A stretch of 64,000 nt of DNA from a virus: IMG/VR virus record IMGVR_UViG_3300034105_002232; one strand, 5' to 3'. Below, in pieces: positions 10,022 through 19,434 of the stretch (position 1 is its first letter; the number at the start of each line of letters is the position of its first letter). The translations under genes and the position numbers were made by a program. The notes below the pieces were generated by a model, which made no database searches, was not told the origin of the DNA, and saw only the letters and a program-made list of their open reading frames with translations.

Positions 10022-10047
10022 TGGCTGTTACCCCACAGACTATCAAA

Positions 10048-10434
10048 TTACAACGATCCTGCGGCACGTTTCTCTGCAACTTTGACTTCCTTTGACGCGA
10101 ACCATTCAATTGCAAACGCTTCTGGGGTTTGACCTTTGCGTGGCTTGTCACCAACACGCTTTGCTACTTTAGCAACAGTTGCAGTTTTAGCAACCTTTGC
10201 TACTTTAGCAACTGTTGCAGATTTAGCAACACGAGGCGCCTTTGCAGCAGTCATGCCCACTTGTGCAAGATATGCAACAGCAGCTTCTTTATCCATTGCA
10301 GCAGGCAACTCAATCATGTTTACATTTGTGCAACCAAAACGCTCAAGTGCTTTGGCTCGTTTAGCGTCGTTAGCAAATTTGTAAACTGTTGCGCCATTTT
10401 CTGTACAAGTTCCTGCAAAAGTAAATGTTTTCAT
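10048..10434 (-). CDS. small Ala/Lys-rich basic protein
   Basis: Own promoter and AAGGAG RBS; AKVAKVAK repeats. Confidence 0.75.
   Translation of the reverse strand: MKTFTFAGTCTENGATVYKFANDAKRAKALERFGCTNVNMIELPAAMDKEAAVAYLAQVGMTAAKAPRVAKSATVAKVAKVAKTATVAKVAKRVGDKPRKGQTPEAFAIEWFASKEVKVAEKRAAGSL
10159..10230. repeat. tandem 36-bp duplication (2 mismatches) encoding VAK-x-ATVAKVAK
   Basis: Units at 10159-10194 and 10195-10230. Confidence 0.85.
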
Positions 10435-10465
10435 TTTTACGCTCCTTACTAGTTAGTGTACATAC

Positions 10466-10494
10466 ATTATAGCAAATGGGTGATTTTTGGTCTA
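10466..10494 (-). promoter_or_regulatory. sigma70-type promoter TAGACC-N17-TATAAT with extended -10 TG
   Basis: Read directly. Confidence 0.7.
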
Positions 10495-10827
10495 CCATTT
10501 ATTGCGTTGTTTTTTTACAACAAGTTTGGGTGTTGCTTTTTCTGCAACTTTTGGCACTGACTTTAGTATGTGAAACAAATCTGTTGCTTTTTTAAAACTA
10601 AAATTTGGATGCTTGTACATGTAATCAATTTTGCGTTCTAAAACTTGCAATATTTCTAACAAATCCATTTTTGTTGCAAAATTGCTATCCATTAGTATTT
10701 TGTTAATTTCATGCTTGTCCAGCATGTACTCTACCCATTTTGTAGTAGCGGGTATTTTGTAATACTGTACTATTGCTTTTTTGTTATTGCGTGAACTGTA
10801 TTTGCTAATAAAAGAATTTGCAGACAT
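10492..10827 (-). CDS. basic hypothetical protein
   Basis: Own promoter and AAGGAG RBS. Confidence 0.75.
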   Translation of the reverse strand: MSANSFISKYSSRNNKKAIVQYYKIPATTKWVEYMLDKHEINKILMDSNFATKMDLLEILQVLERKIDYMYKHPNFSFKKATDLFHILKSVPKVAEKATPKLVVKKQRNKW

Positions 10828-10855
10828 AACAGGCTCCTTTCGCTAGTAACAGTAC

Positions 10856-10884
10856 ATTATAGCAAAAGGAGCCTTTATGCGCAA
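10856..10884 (-). promoter_or_regulatory. sigma70-type promoter TTGCGC-N17-TATAAT with extended -10 TG
   Basis: Read directly. Confidence 0.65.
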
Positions 10885-10896
10885 TGGTTGTTAATT

Positions 10897-11268
10897 TTAC
10901 ACTATTACATATTTGCTAATGCTAGGATGTCCGCCAACTTCCCAATCTACCCAAGATTTAATTTGATCGTAATCAATTTCTTCGTTAATCCATTCGTATC
11001 TAAATCCTAAATGCCCTATAACAGCATAATCGTAAAATTCTGCTTTTATATGATCCTCAAGATCTTTAATGGGACGTTTAGGACCAATCCACATATCTGC
11101 AAACTGAATTGATTTCCCGTTATGTCCTTCGTATCCATTGAGCCGACCGTTTGGTCCAAACGGATTGCCAGTAATTCCAAAACAGGTACGAGTGACTATA
11201 AGATCATCATCTAGCACAATACGATTACGCCAAAGATAAAAGTAATAATCTAAATTAGATTCCACCAT
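10897..11268 (-). CDS. hypothetical protein, possibly GIY-YIG/T5orf172-like
   Basis: YFYL...FGIT...RL..Y...LE pattern. Confidence 0.45.
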   Translation of the reverse strand: MVESNLDYYFYLWRNRIVLDDDLIVTRTCFGITGNPFGPNGRLNGYEGHNGKSIQFADMWIGPKRPIKDLEDHIKAEFYDYAVIGHLGFRYEWINEEIDYDQIKSWVDWEVGGHPSISKYVIV

Positions 11269-12427
11269 ATGTTGCCATCCCTTTCACTTGAGGAACAGCA
11301 CATTGTCCGCCCGCATTTAGATAATCAATAATTAATATTGGCGTAAGGCATGAGTCTGACCACGAATCCTTAAGATTATTGGCAATCTGGAATTTTTTAA
11401 GTCGAATCTTACAGTCATCATGAAATCCTTTTGGACTTCCGTAAGTGGCACGAATATGATTATACAAATCAAGTTCGAGCTCAGGAGTAAGCTCGACATT
11501 ATTTTCACCGGCCTCTGCACTCAATCTACCAAACGCAAGTATATAACCGCCGTTGACACCTTTTTCGTTAGGAAAATAAGTATTGTGCCAGTTCAGGGCC
11601 CACTGCAAATCTTGCTTGCCTAGCTCGAATATTTGGTCGGTTTCTGCACCATGTCGGCCGATATTATTTACACCAATAATATAAGTAACCATGCCAGGTT
11701 GTGCTTGTTGACCTTTTGCTTCTACTGCTGGTGCCGGATACATATTATTTTGTTCTAGAATCAATTGCAATTCATGACTTTGCACATCTTCAGTAAGTGT
11801 CGACTCGTATAATCGCTTGCCGCTGACACGACTACGATGTACAAAATATGGATCAATCAATTTGCGACCACTACCACCCAAGCGTCTAAAGCCATAATTG
11901 CCAGTAGCTTCTCCTACATCTTTGCTGCCTGGGACGACCAAATTGTCACCTACTACCTTGCATTGAATTTTGGTACCAGCTGCAATTAATCCAAAATGTT
12001 TCATTAGATAAAATGCTGTGCCACTTTGTTGCCCCTCCCAAGAGGAATAACGACCGGTTTCTTTAATAAAAATCACATTAAGCGGTTGCATAATACGTGG
12101 ATCAAACAAAGTGATAATATTGTCCGCGATATGTGTTTCTTCTAAGAAGCGTTGGATATCAACATTGATGTCGATCAAACTTTCGTCAACCTCCATAAGG
12201 TATCCAAAATGTTCTTGCGTGTAAACTTCGCCATTCAATCGTTGTTTCAGTGTATCAATTGCTGCTTGAATTTTGGCACTGGTAATTAGCGGTTGTGCGC
12301 GATCCGGCAATGCTTCGTATTTGCCACTTTTACTAGTCAATTGCTGATTTTTAATTTTTGCAATAGGAGCGAAAGGATTTGCTCCGCGCACTACTGTACG
12401 CAGCTGATTTACATTATTCACGGACAT
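11255..12427 (-). CDS. ParB/Srx-like N-terminal domain protein
   Basis: DIQR...FDP...V...Y..WEGQQ resembles the QR...DGQH ParB-like motif; start at MSVNN. Confidence 0.5.
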   Translation of the reverse strand: MSVNNVNQLRTVVRGANPFAPIAKIKNQQLTSKSGKYEALPDRAQPLITSAKIQAAIDTLKQRLNGEVYTQEHFGYLMEVDESLIDINVDIQRFLEETHIADNIITLFDPRIMQPLNVIFIKETGRYSSWEGQQSGTAFYLMKHFGLIAAGTKIQCKVVGDNLVVPGSKDVGEATGNYGFRRLGGSGRKLIDPYFVHRSRVSGKRLYESTLTEDVQSHELQLILEQNNMYPAPAVEAKGQQAQPGMVTYIIGVNNIGRHGAETDQIFELGKQDLQWALNWHNTYFPNEKGVNGGYILAFGRLSAEAGENNVELTPELELDLYNHIRATYGSPKGFHDDCKIRLKKFQIANNLKDSWSDSCLTPILIIDYLNAGGQCAVPQVKGMATYGGI

Positions 12428-12461
12428 TGTTGATCCTTCAATAAAGTTATAAAAGAACTGT

Positions 12462-12490
12462 AGTATATAAAAAAAGAAAATTGTTGTCAA
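12462..12490 (-). promoter_or_regulatory. sigma70-type promoter TTGACA-N17-TATACT
   Basis: Read directly. Confidence 0.75.
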
Positions 12491-12496
12491 CCGTTG

Positions 12497-12865
12497 CTAA
12501 AGTTGCAAGTTGTCCAAATACTTCTGTAGATTATCGCCATGCAATTTTAGCAACACTGTTTCTTGTTCGCCCAATAGTAGCAATTGATCAATTTTCGCAA
12601 TGTAGTACGGACAGGCCAATAATCTGCTCATTTGGATCATGGTACGATTTCGCATTGGCTCAGGCAACACACAGTCGTAAACAGGAATCTTGGTGAATTT
12701 TTTTATAAACTCAATGCCAGACTTGGTTAATCTTAGATTGTTTGGTTTGGTATGGATCCACCACCAAGACTTGATGAATTGAGGATATGTAGTCGTATCA
12801 GCGCCTGCGGCCTGCAAAATGCTTTCGGTATACCAACGCTGATTACGGGTAGATTTGGTCACCAT
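12497..12865 (-). CDS. hypothetical phage protein
   Basis: ORF in operon. Confidence 0.7.
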   Translation of the reverse strand: MVTKSTRNQRWYTESILQAAGADTTTYPQFIKSWWWIHTKPNNLRLTKSGIEFIKKFTKIPVYDCVLPEPMRNRTMIQMSRLLACPYYIAKIDQLLLLGEQETVLLKLHGDNLQKYLDNLQL

Positions 12866-13130
12866 GTTTCATCAACACAACAGTAAATTTGTCAGTTTTG
12901 AACAGGGTATTGAGTTTTTTTGCCAAGTTGATAGCATGTCCGCTGTTTGAAAAACTAACCTTCTTGTACTTGGGACCAGGGTACGCAACCAGCATGTTTT
13001 GGCTTTTTAGATTGATGGGTTGTTGGTCGTAGAAAACCGCCCATATACCTTCACTTGACAGCACTTGGTCGCTTTTGTAATTTAGTTTGTTTACATGCTC
13101 TAACAACACATTTGGTTTAGGTCTTGACAT
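12843..13130 (-). CDS. conserved hypothetical jumbo-phage protein (MSRPKP...)
   Basis: ORF in operon; GPKYKKVSFSN.GHA.NLAKKLN motif. Confidence 0.75.
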   Translation of the reverse strand: MSRPKPNVLLEHVNKLNYKSDQVLSSEGIWAVFYDQQPINLKSQNMLVAYPGPKYKKVSFSNSGHAINLAKKLNTLFKTDKFTVVLMKHGDQIYP

Positions 13131-13175
13131 TGGAATCTTCCTTGAACTAGGTATTTATGACAATAACGGCGTAGT

Positions 13176-13385
13176 TTATTTAAACCCGCCGCCGTCCATG
13201 AATACACTGTTAACAGGTTCGGGATCTGATCTATTTTGCAATTCTGCTATCATTGACAACAAAGAAAAAATATCTGCATGTATGCTCCGTGCTTCCTCAG
13301 AACTCAGCATCAGCTGTTTGCTGTTTGTTTGATTCATCTGCCGGACTCTGTTGTTAAAATTTTGTATTGATAAACTATGCTGCAT
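13176..13385 (-). CDS. hypothetical phage protein
   Basis: ORF ending MDGGGFK. Confidence 0.6.
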   Translation of the reverse strand: MQHSLSIQNFNNRVRQMNQTNSKQLMLSSEEARSIHADIFSLLSMIAELQNRSDPEPVNSVFMDGGGFK

Positions 13386-13833
13386 TGTTTGCTTCCTGTT
13401 CTGTATAAAATGGTCCTTGGAACTCATATCGATTCAAGGTAATGTTTTTGGGGCAAAACTGCAAACACCATGTGTGGTTGATTTTGATCAAGTAGTAACC
13501 AGCACAGTATAAACTTTTACTTTTTAAAGACCTGGAATAAATTGGCAGCTTGCGTTTGATATCGTACACCTGATTGTAGGCTTTGCCAACAATGGGATAA
13601 CTGTATACATTATTTTCTTTTTCAGGTCGCTTGTTTGATATTGCTCGCTGAAATTTGATATGATAAGTTTGCTTTAAAATTTGCACAGAAGGAAAATATT
13701 CGCGGGTCTCTTGATATACATAAACAAAGCCTCCATCTTCTCGAGCTTGGATAGTGGCAATCCTTGTACCCCTATCTTCAACCACCCAGAACTTGTTTTT
13801 TACTACAGGTTTTGCAATTCGTTCTGTGATCAT
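13375..13833 (-). CDS. hypothetical phage protein
   Basis: ORF with ATGA coupling. Confidence 0.7.
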   Translation of the reverse strand: MITERIAKPVVKNKFWVVEDRGTRIATIQAREDGGFVYVYQETREYFPSVQILKQTYHIKFQRAISNKRPEKENNVYSYPIVGKAYNQVYDIKRKLPIYSRSLKSKSLYCAGYYLIKINHTWCLQFCPKNITLNRYEFQGPFYTEQEANNAA

Positions 13834-14177
13834 GATTTTAATGTGTGGTGAGTGATAATTTTGCCCAGCTCGCGATCAAAATCTGTGGTGTCACTGATGA
13901 CGTAAATGTCACGGTCTGCACCATAGGTATCTTTGTCAATCTCAACCACGTAACCACCGTGTGCTTCGTAAATGTTCAATGACATTTTTTTATTTGGGAA
14001 TCTATGTCTTGATCCACCAACACTGCCTGTAATATCGTCAATTCTGATTGCTCCAGGCAGCGCAGCACCTAACGTGTATGTAGTTCCTGTATTCATAGAG
14101 TCTCCTAAGTCAATGGTAATATCGTGTGAATCTAAATCTAAAAAATTGGTATCTATAGTAACAGTGTTTGAGGTCAT
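13830..14177 (-). CDS. hypothetical protein
   Basis: ORF; C-terminal half resembles that of the upstream neighbour. Confidence 0.65.
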   Translation of the reverse strand: MTSNTVTIDTNFLDLDSHDITIDLGDSMNTGTTYTLGAALPGAIRIDDITGSVGGSRHRFPNKKMSLNIYEAHGGYVVEIDKDTYGADRDIYVISDTTDFDRELGKIITHHTLKS

Positions 14178-14536
14178 TGTTTTATCATTTCCATCATGAT
14201 AGACTGTGATACCTGCTTGGCAAAGTCTTCTTCCTCTTTGATCATGTAAAGAGTGTGTTTGGTTTCGTCGTCATGTTTGTCGTACACATGGGTTTCAAGA
14301 ATATGTCCACCTACACATGTGTACAATTTAAAAGTCATACTATCGGCCTGAATACAGGGATTACCGGTACCCTCATCATCTGTCCAAAAGTTATTCTTAG
14401 GTGGAACATTTATGCGGGCTCGTCGTGTCCGTTGAACTTGGCCAATTTCGTCTGCACGTTGTTGTGCTGTGAATTCAGCATCGTCCTCCCAGGCACGTTT
14501 GCATACCCTCCAGACAATTTTTCTAAACCATTTCAT
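14174..14536 (-). CDS. hypothetical protein
   Basis: ORF with GGAG RBS. Confidence 0.65.
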   Translation of the reverse strand: MKWFRKIVWRVCKRAWEDDAEFTAQQRADEIGQVQRTRRARINVPPKNNFWTDDEGTGNPCIQADSMTFKLYTCVGGHILETHVYDKHDDETKHTLYMIKEEEDFAKQVSQSIMMEMIKQ

Positions 14537-14552
14537 TTGCGATCTCCATAAT

Positions 14553-14927
14553 TTATACCCATTCTCCTAACAGTATTGAAATTGTAAATGCAATACTCAA
14601 ATATGTAAAAGAGTGTAGCAATTGATCCATGCCCATCCAAACCCAATACGCTCGGTCCTCGGTGGTCAATCTTACAACAACCCTGACTCCAACCCAGTCT
14701 ATAACATAGTGTAACGCAGCATCAAGTGCAGCCAACATGACACAAGCTTGTATGCCCACAAAATGCATGAGTACCACATAGGTCAATGCACCGTGCAGTC
14801 CAGCATGTTGTAGCCCTCCGGTGCGCCCAAGATGGCCTTTGTCTTTGAACATTCTATCAGTTTGCCAACAAAAGTCGGCTAGAAAATGCTTGACAAACAG
14901 TAATGTCAATATTAACCAGATAGTCAT
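14553..14927 (-). CDS. DUF3307-like membrane protein
   Basis: KHFLADF..Q, H...H, HYVID, DQLLH motifs in hydrophobic helices. Confidence 0.8.
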   Translation of the reverse strand: MTIWLILTLLFVKHFLADFCWQTDRMFKDKGHLGRTGGLQHAGLHGALTYVVLMHFVGIQACVMLAALDAALHYVIDWVGVRVVVRLTTEDRAYWVWMGMDQLLHSFTYLSIAFTISILLGEWV

Positions 14928-14928
14928 A

Positions 14929-15150
14929 TTAATAACGAACTACCGGACCAGGAGGCAGCGGTGGGGTTGGCAATCCAGCAGGTTGACATACAAATCTTCC
15001 GTAGATGCTGTAGTCGCGTTGGCCTAGTTCCCTGAACGCTTCATAACATGCAGCTTTATCATGATAGGTTCCCAGGTATCGCCAGTTACCGTGTTCTGTT
15101 CCGGTAACAGTGGAAATGGCCATGGTCCAAAGTAATAGTATATGTGGCAT
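14929..15150 (-). CDS. small hypothetical protein with signal-like N-terminus
   Basis: 73-aa ORF. Confidence 0.5.
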   Translation of the reverse strand: MPHILLLWTMAISTVTGTEHGNWRYLGTYHDKAACYEAFRELGQRDYSIYGRFVCQPAGLPTPPLPPGPVVRY

Positions 15151-15171
15151 TGTTTGCTCTTTCTGTTTGAT

Positions 15172-16164
15172 TTAACGCTGGGGATATTCTGCACTTAACA
15201 CTTCGCTATATTGTGCAGCAAATTCGCTAAGTTTGGCCAAATCGTACTTGCCGCAAAATTTCAAGAATTGTGCTCCTACCATGGGCCTAGTTTGTTTTAC
15301 AGCACCTTGTGCAATGGTGGTAGCAATTTTACCTTTGATATCGTCAGGTTGTGCAGTAAGATCAACTAGAGTAACATTTCTATTGTAGTCATCCAGCACA
15401 CGATGTTCAATACCGTTGTGATCGGTCCACCGCTGTAGCATGAGATTGTTCCAGTTAAAACCTTTTTTATCTCTGTCCTCATATGCTTCTTGCAGGCCAA
15501 CCTTGTTCTTGGAACCTTTGGTCCTAACACCTGGGTATGCACTGAACACATTGTCCGATGCATCGCCGCGCATGCATTTTTCAAACAAGATCCATGCGGG
15601 ATCTGGAATCTTTTTTGGTTCTTTAGTTTTCTTGTCAACCACCAGTTTACCTCTCTTGTCCAGAATACCTTCTAGTGTATGCAGCTCGTCTGCAATACCG
15701 TTGTATTGATTCACGTTTGATGCTAGCAATTGATAAAAGTCTGTGTCGCTGCTGACAATGGTATGATGATCATTCGGATGACTTTGTATAAAGCCGGCGA
15801 TAAGATCATCCGCTTCCAGTTCAGAATGTTGTAACACAGTGCAATTGGTCTTTTCAGTCAAGAATGTTTTAAGATCATCAAACGCTTCCCAAAACAGTCG
15901 GTCTTCTTCGGCTTCTGTTTCGGTTAAGGCAGCTCGAGCCACAGCACGATTCTTTTTATATGGTTCATAAAAATCTTTGCGCCATGAACGGCCTTCTAAG
16001 CAGAAGACCACATGATCGGCTTTTTGCTCGCGCCAGGCTTTGTTGACTGAACCCAATGTTACATGAATAGCAAAACCCAGTTTGTCCCATGTATCGCTTT
16101 GGCGATGGGCACTGTGTCGGGCACGAAAGAACGTGTTAGCTGTGTCTACAATTAGATATCTCAT
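15172..16164 (-). CDS. rnh: T4-type RNase H / 5'-3' exonuclease
   Basis: LIVD..N, WRKDFY..YK.NR, EADDLIA, SSDTDFYQL, GDASDNV. Confidence 0.92.
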   Translation of the reverse strand: MRYLIVDTANTFFRARHSAHRQSDTWDKLGFAIHVTLGSVNKAWREQKADHVVFCLEGRSWRKDFYEPYKKNRAVARAALTETEAEEDRLFWEAFDDLKTFLTEKTNCTVLQHSELEADDLIAGFIQSHPNDHHTIVSSDTDFYQLLASNVNQYNGIADELHTLEGILDKRGKLVVDKKTKEPKKIPDPAWILFEKCMRGDASDNVFSAYPGVRTKGSKNKVGLQEAYEDRDKKGFNWNNLMLQRWTDHNGIEHRVLDDYNRNVTLVDLTAQPDDIKGKIATTIAQGAVKQTRPMVGAQFLKFCGKYDLAKLSEFAAQYSEVLSAEYPQR

Positions 16165-16170
16165 GTAGTA

Positions 16171-16199
16171 ATATTAGCATATTATAACAATTGTGTCAA
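16171..16199 (-). promoter_or_regulatory. promoter TTGACA-N17-TAATAT, 6 nt before the rnh ATG (leaderless)
   Basis: Read directly; no SD present. Confidence 0.55.
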
Positions 16200-16865
16200 G
16201 TGCGGTAAAAGAAATTCTGCCCATTTTCTATGAGCATCCGCATCAAAATGGTAACTTGGTTTGGATTGAAATCCCGAATTGGTTAACCATTTGTAATAGG
16301 TCAAGTCAGGATCGTATGGGCCAAGATAGTTATTAAACCAGTCAGCTGGCGACTGCCGAAAGTAATTGTAAGTATTAAAAAACAAATGTGGGATTTTAAG
16401 ATCCAATAATTCGGTATGTAGCTCGTATATATCTTTATGAGCCTGTTGTTCGGCCAACTCCCAATCTAAATTAACTATATATTCTTTGTATCGCTCTTTT
16501 ACAGGATCTGGCCAATCATGTCCAACTCCACCGGCATTGACTTGCCAATACACATTCTCGTGCAACCATTCTTCACGTTCCCAAGTACTCCACCCAATAA
16601 TAACAGCATCTGGTGTGCCTTCGTTACGAATATATTCGCGTGTGGTTCTTATTATCCTATTGTTTGAACTGGCTGATTCTGCATCGCAATGCAAAACAGC
16701 AGATAACTCATTGGCAATATTGCAGCCATAACTGACTTTTAGATTGTCTGGGTGCGACTGCCTGCCAAGCCCGTGATATAACCTGTCGTCTTTGGCAAAG
16801 CAGTAATCATTGACAGCTTCTGCGCCTGCGCTATGGCTATCACCGTTTACATATAGTATTGTCAC
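16182..16865 (-). CDS. SGNH/GDSL-hydrolase-like protein
   Basis: NGDSHSAG block I, SN.RI.R, C-terminal HF...AH. Confidence 0.6.
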   Translation of the reverse strand: MTILYVNGDSHSAGAEAVNDYCFAKDDRLYHGLGRQSHPDNLKVSYGCNIANELSAVLHCDAESASSNNRIIRTTREYIRNEGTPDAVIIGWSTWEREEWLHENVYWQVNAGGVGHDWPDPVKERYKEYIVNLDWELAEQQAHKDIYELHTELLDLKIPHLFFNTYNYFRQSPADWFNNYLGPYDPDLTYYKWLTNSGFQSKPSYHFDADAHRKWAEFLLPHLTQLL

Positions 16866-17257
16866 GATACTTCGGTCCTTCCGCCGCCTAGATCCCGGCG
16901 ATCCACCATTCTGGGTCTTGACTCAACTGGTTGATTGGCTTCCCATTGTTCATAATTTTCTGCAATGATGTTTTTACACACAGTTTGAAACCAACGATCC
17001 ACAATATCTGCATCGGTATCATCTTTTTTCATTTGGAATCCGGCCTTGACCAATCTGGCAACAAACACATCGTTCCAGTCCAACTCAAACGCACCGTTGC
17101 CCACATCATCGGGGTCTAACTCCACACTAATCACATTCACATATGGTTCCTTGGCTTCAGTGGCCAGTTCCTTGGCTGTCTTTGCCTTGGGCTTGACTAT
17201 TTTTGGTTTTTCTTCCAAAGGTTGTTTTGTAAACTTGCGCTTTAAATAATCAAACAT
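16862..17257 (-). CDS. conserved hypothetical phage protein
   Basis: ORF; FELDWN...IVDRWF motif. Confidence 0.7.
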   Translation of the reverse strand: MFDYLKRKFTKQPLEEKPKIVKPKAKTAKELATEAKEPYVNVISVELDPDDVGNGAFELDWNDVFVARLVKAGFQMKKDDTDADIVDRWFQTVCKNIIAENYEQWEANQPVESRPRMVDRRDLGGGRTEVS

Positions 17258-17268
17258 TGTGTTGCCCT

Positions 17269-18363
17269 TTAAAATAGGTCTACCGCTTCCCACGGAAGGT
17301 CTGCCTTGCCAAAATGTCCGTAGTTGGTGGTACTGCTGTAAATTGGTCTAAATAGATCAAACCGATTGATAATGCCACGTGGTGTTAGATCCACGTTGTC
17401 TTGGATCCAGGTGGTCAATGCCGCACTATCACCATCACTTTCTACATAAAAGCTCATGGGCTTCTCAATGCCAATGGCATAACTGATTTGCACAGTGGCC
17501 CATGTTGCTTGTCCACTGGCCACAATGTTCTTGGCAAGATACCGCATCATGTAAGCTGCACTACGATCTACTTTGGTAGGATCCTTGCCAGAGAAGGCGC
17601 CACCGCCGTGTGGTGCATATCCGCCATACGTGTCAACAATGATCTTGCGCCCAGTTAGTCCGGTATCACCATCCGGACCTCCAATCACAAAACGTCCAGT
17701 TGGATTGATATAAAATTCCGTATTGGCATCAATGTATTTTTCTGGTAGCAGACTGCGGATTATAAGTTCAATGGTACTGCGTACAGTATCAATGCCAACT
17801 GATTCGCTGTGTTGAGTACTGCATACTACCTTGGTAATACGTACCGGTTTGTTGTTAGCATCGTACTCAAATGTAACTTGGCTCTTGGCATCTGGGCCAA
17901 GCCAGGCCACTAAAAGATTCTTACGTATACTAGTCAATGCTTCCACAATTCTGTGACTCCAATAAATTGCACTGGGCATGTAATTATCAGTTTCGTTGCA
18001 AGCATATCCAAACATAAGACCTTGATCTCCTGCACCAAACGTGTCTGTACCTAGTGCAATATCTGCACTTTGTGCATGCAACAGATTGGTAATCTCAACG
18101 GTCCGCCAATCAAAACCTGATTGTTCGTACCCAATGTCTTTGATAACTCGACGAACAGCACTTTCGACTTCTTCCTTGTGTAAAACACCCTTGAATTCAC
18201 CTGCCACAACAACTCTGTTGGTAGTAACCAGCGTTTCGCATGCACATCTCAGTGCAGGGTTTTGTTCGCGCATTACAAGATCCAGTACTGCATCTGAGAT
18301 AGCATCTGCTACCTTGTCTGGATGTCCTTCTGATACTGATTCACTGGTAAAAAGATATGTCAT
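17269..18363 (-). CDS. metK: S-adenosylmethionine synthetase
   Basis: [42 protein letters not shown]. Confidence 0.98.
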   Translation of the reverse strand: MTYLFTSESVSEGHPDKVADAISDAVLDLVMREQNPALRCACETLVTTNRVVVAGEFKGVLHKEEVESAVRRVIKDIGYEQSGFDWRTVEITNLLHAQSADIALGTDTFGAGDQGLMFGYACNETDNYMPSAIYWSHRIVEALTSIRKNLLVAWLGPDAKSQVTFEYDANNKPVRITKVVCSTQHSESVGIDTVRSTIELIIRSLLPEKYIDANTEFYINPTGRFVIGGPDGDTGLTGRKIIVDTYGGYAPHGGGAFSGKDPTKVDRSAAYMMRYLAKNIVASGQATWATVQISYAIGIEKPMSFYVESDGDSAALTTWIQDNVDLTPRGIINRFDLFRPIYSSTTNYGHFGKADLPWEAVDLF

Positions 18364-18379
18364 TTGCTTCCTTGAAAAA

Positions 18380-18583
18380 TTATTCTTTGCCCCATTTGAT
18401 CTTGAGCCAAATTCGTTCGTGTATGTAATAGTCTACGCTTAACAACAGATGTAACACCGTGGCAAATCCTGCTGCAGATCCGAAGTCTCCAGTGAACAGG
18501 TATGTCCAGAAGATAGTAAACAGCCAGGCAGTTAGCCTGTAAGTAAGCATTCGTACTACGGTTCTTTTTCGTGTTTCTGTCAT
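18380..18583 (-). CDS. DUF2061-like small membrane protein
   Basis: ET..R......YR and YY.HERIW..I.WG. Confidence 0.8.
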   Translation of the reverse strand: MTETRKRTVVRMLTYRLTAWLFTIFWTYLFTGDFGSAAGFATVLHLLLSVDYYIHERIWLKIKWGKE

Positions 18584-19434
18584 TAGGTCCCCCATTCATT
18601 TTTAAATAGTGGTACTTGCAATCTATCACTATATCTTAGGCCATGTTGCATGGCCAATTCTGCCACTCTGCGATTGTTTAGACTGTACACACTCTCAACA
18701 CCACCAACAGGCATTAGATACACAGGACCTGTGAATCCCGCTTGTCTATAGGCCTGCACAGTCCATACAGCTTCTTCAACATCGGCCTCTGTGGCTACTA
18801 CCAATTTGAGATAGGTATGTCCGTATTTTTCATAATTGCACACAATATCAGGCCGAATAGCTTCGTCTCTACTTTCTCCCGAGCAACTTAGCTTGGTACT
18901 GACACTAAAAGTCACTTCACGTTTGACGCCACTGGCAAATTCCCACTTGGTCAAATACTGTGCAAACTCAGTTGACAGTTCTTGAGTACCATTTGTTTCA
19001 AATGTAATCTCTTTGAGCGTGGCCATTTCTGGTTGTTCTAGCAAGTCGGGATATGCACGTTGCCACCCCAGCAGCGGTTCACCACCTGTGATCACAAGAT
19101 GTTCGTCTCTCCACTCTTTGAATGGCAAGGTCTCTACAATAGACTTGGCAATCACATCAGTATCGTATGTGGCGGAAAGATCTTTGAATCTTGGATCCCA
19201 AGACGCATAACTGTCACATCCTGTACTCACTAACGGTAGTTCGTGATAGAATTTAAAGTCTGCAACACGATCAGCAATGGCCTCTACTTCAGTGCTGGCC
19301 TGACCAGCAGGCATACCAAAGCCGGCGCATTTGAAGTTGCATCCAAATGTTCTCAAGAACACACTAGGCACACCCATATAACGGCCTTCACCTTGGATAC
19401 TGTAAAACAATTCTGCTATCTTGAGTTTACTCAT
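18583..19434 (-). CDS. queE: 7-carboxy-7-deazaguanine synthase (radical SAM)
   Basis: ELFYSIQGEG, VFLRTFGCNFKC...CDS, ITGGEP, FETNGT; coupled to queD. Confidence 0.92.
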   Translation of the reverse strand: MSKLKIAELFYSIQGEGRYMGVPSVFLRTFGCNFKCAGFGMPAGQASTEVEAIADRVADFKFYHELPLVSTGCDSYASWDPRFKDLSATYDTDVIAKSIVETLPFKEWRDEHLVITGGEPLLGWQRAYPDLLEQPEMATLKEITFETNGTQELSTEFAQYLTKWEFASGVKREVTFSVSTKLSCSGESRDEAIRPDIVCNYEKYGHTYLKLVVATEADVEEAVWTVQAYRQAGFTGPVYLMPVGGVESVYSLNNRRVAELAMQHGLRYSDRLQVPLFKNEWGT

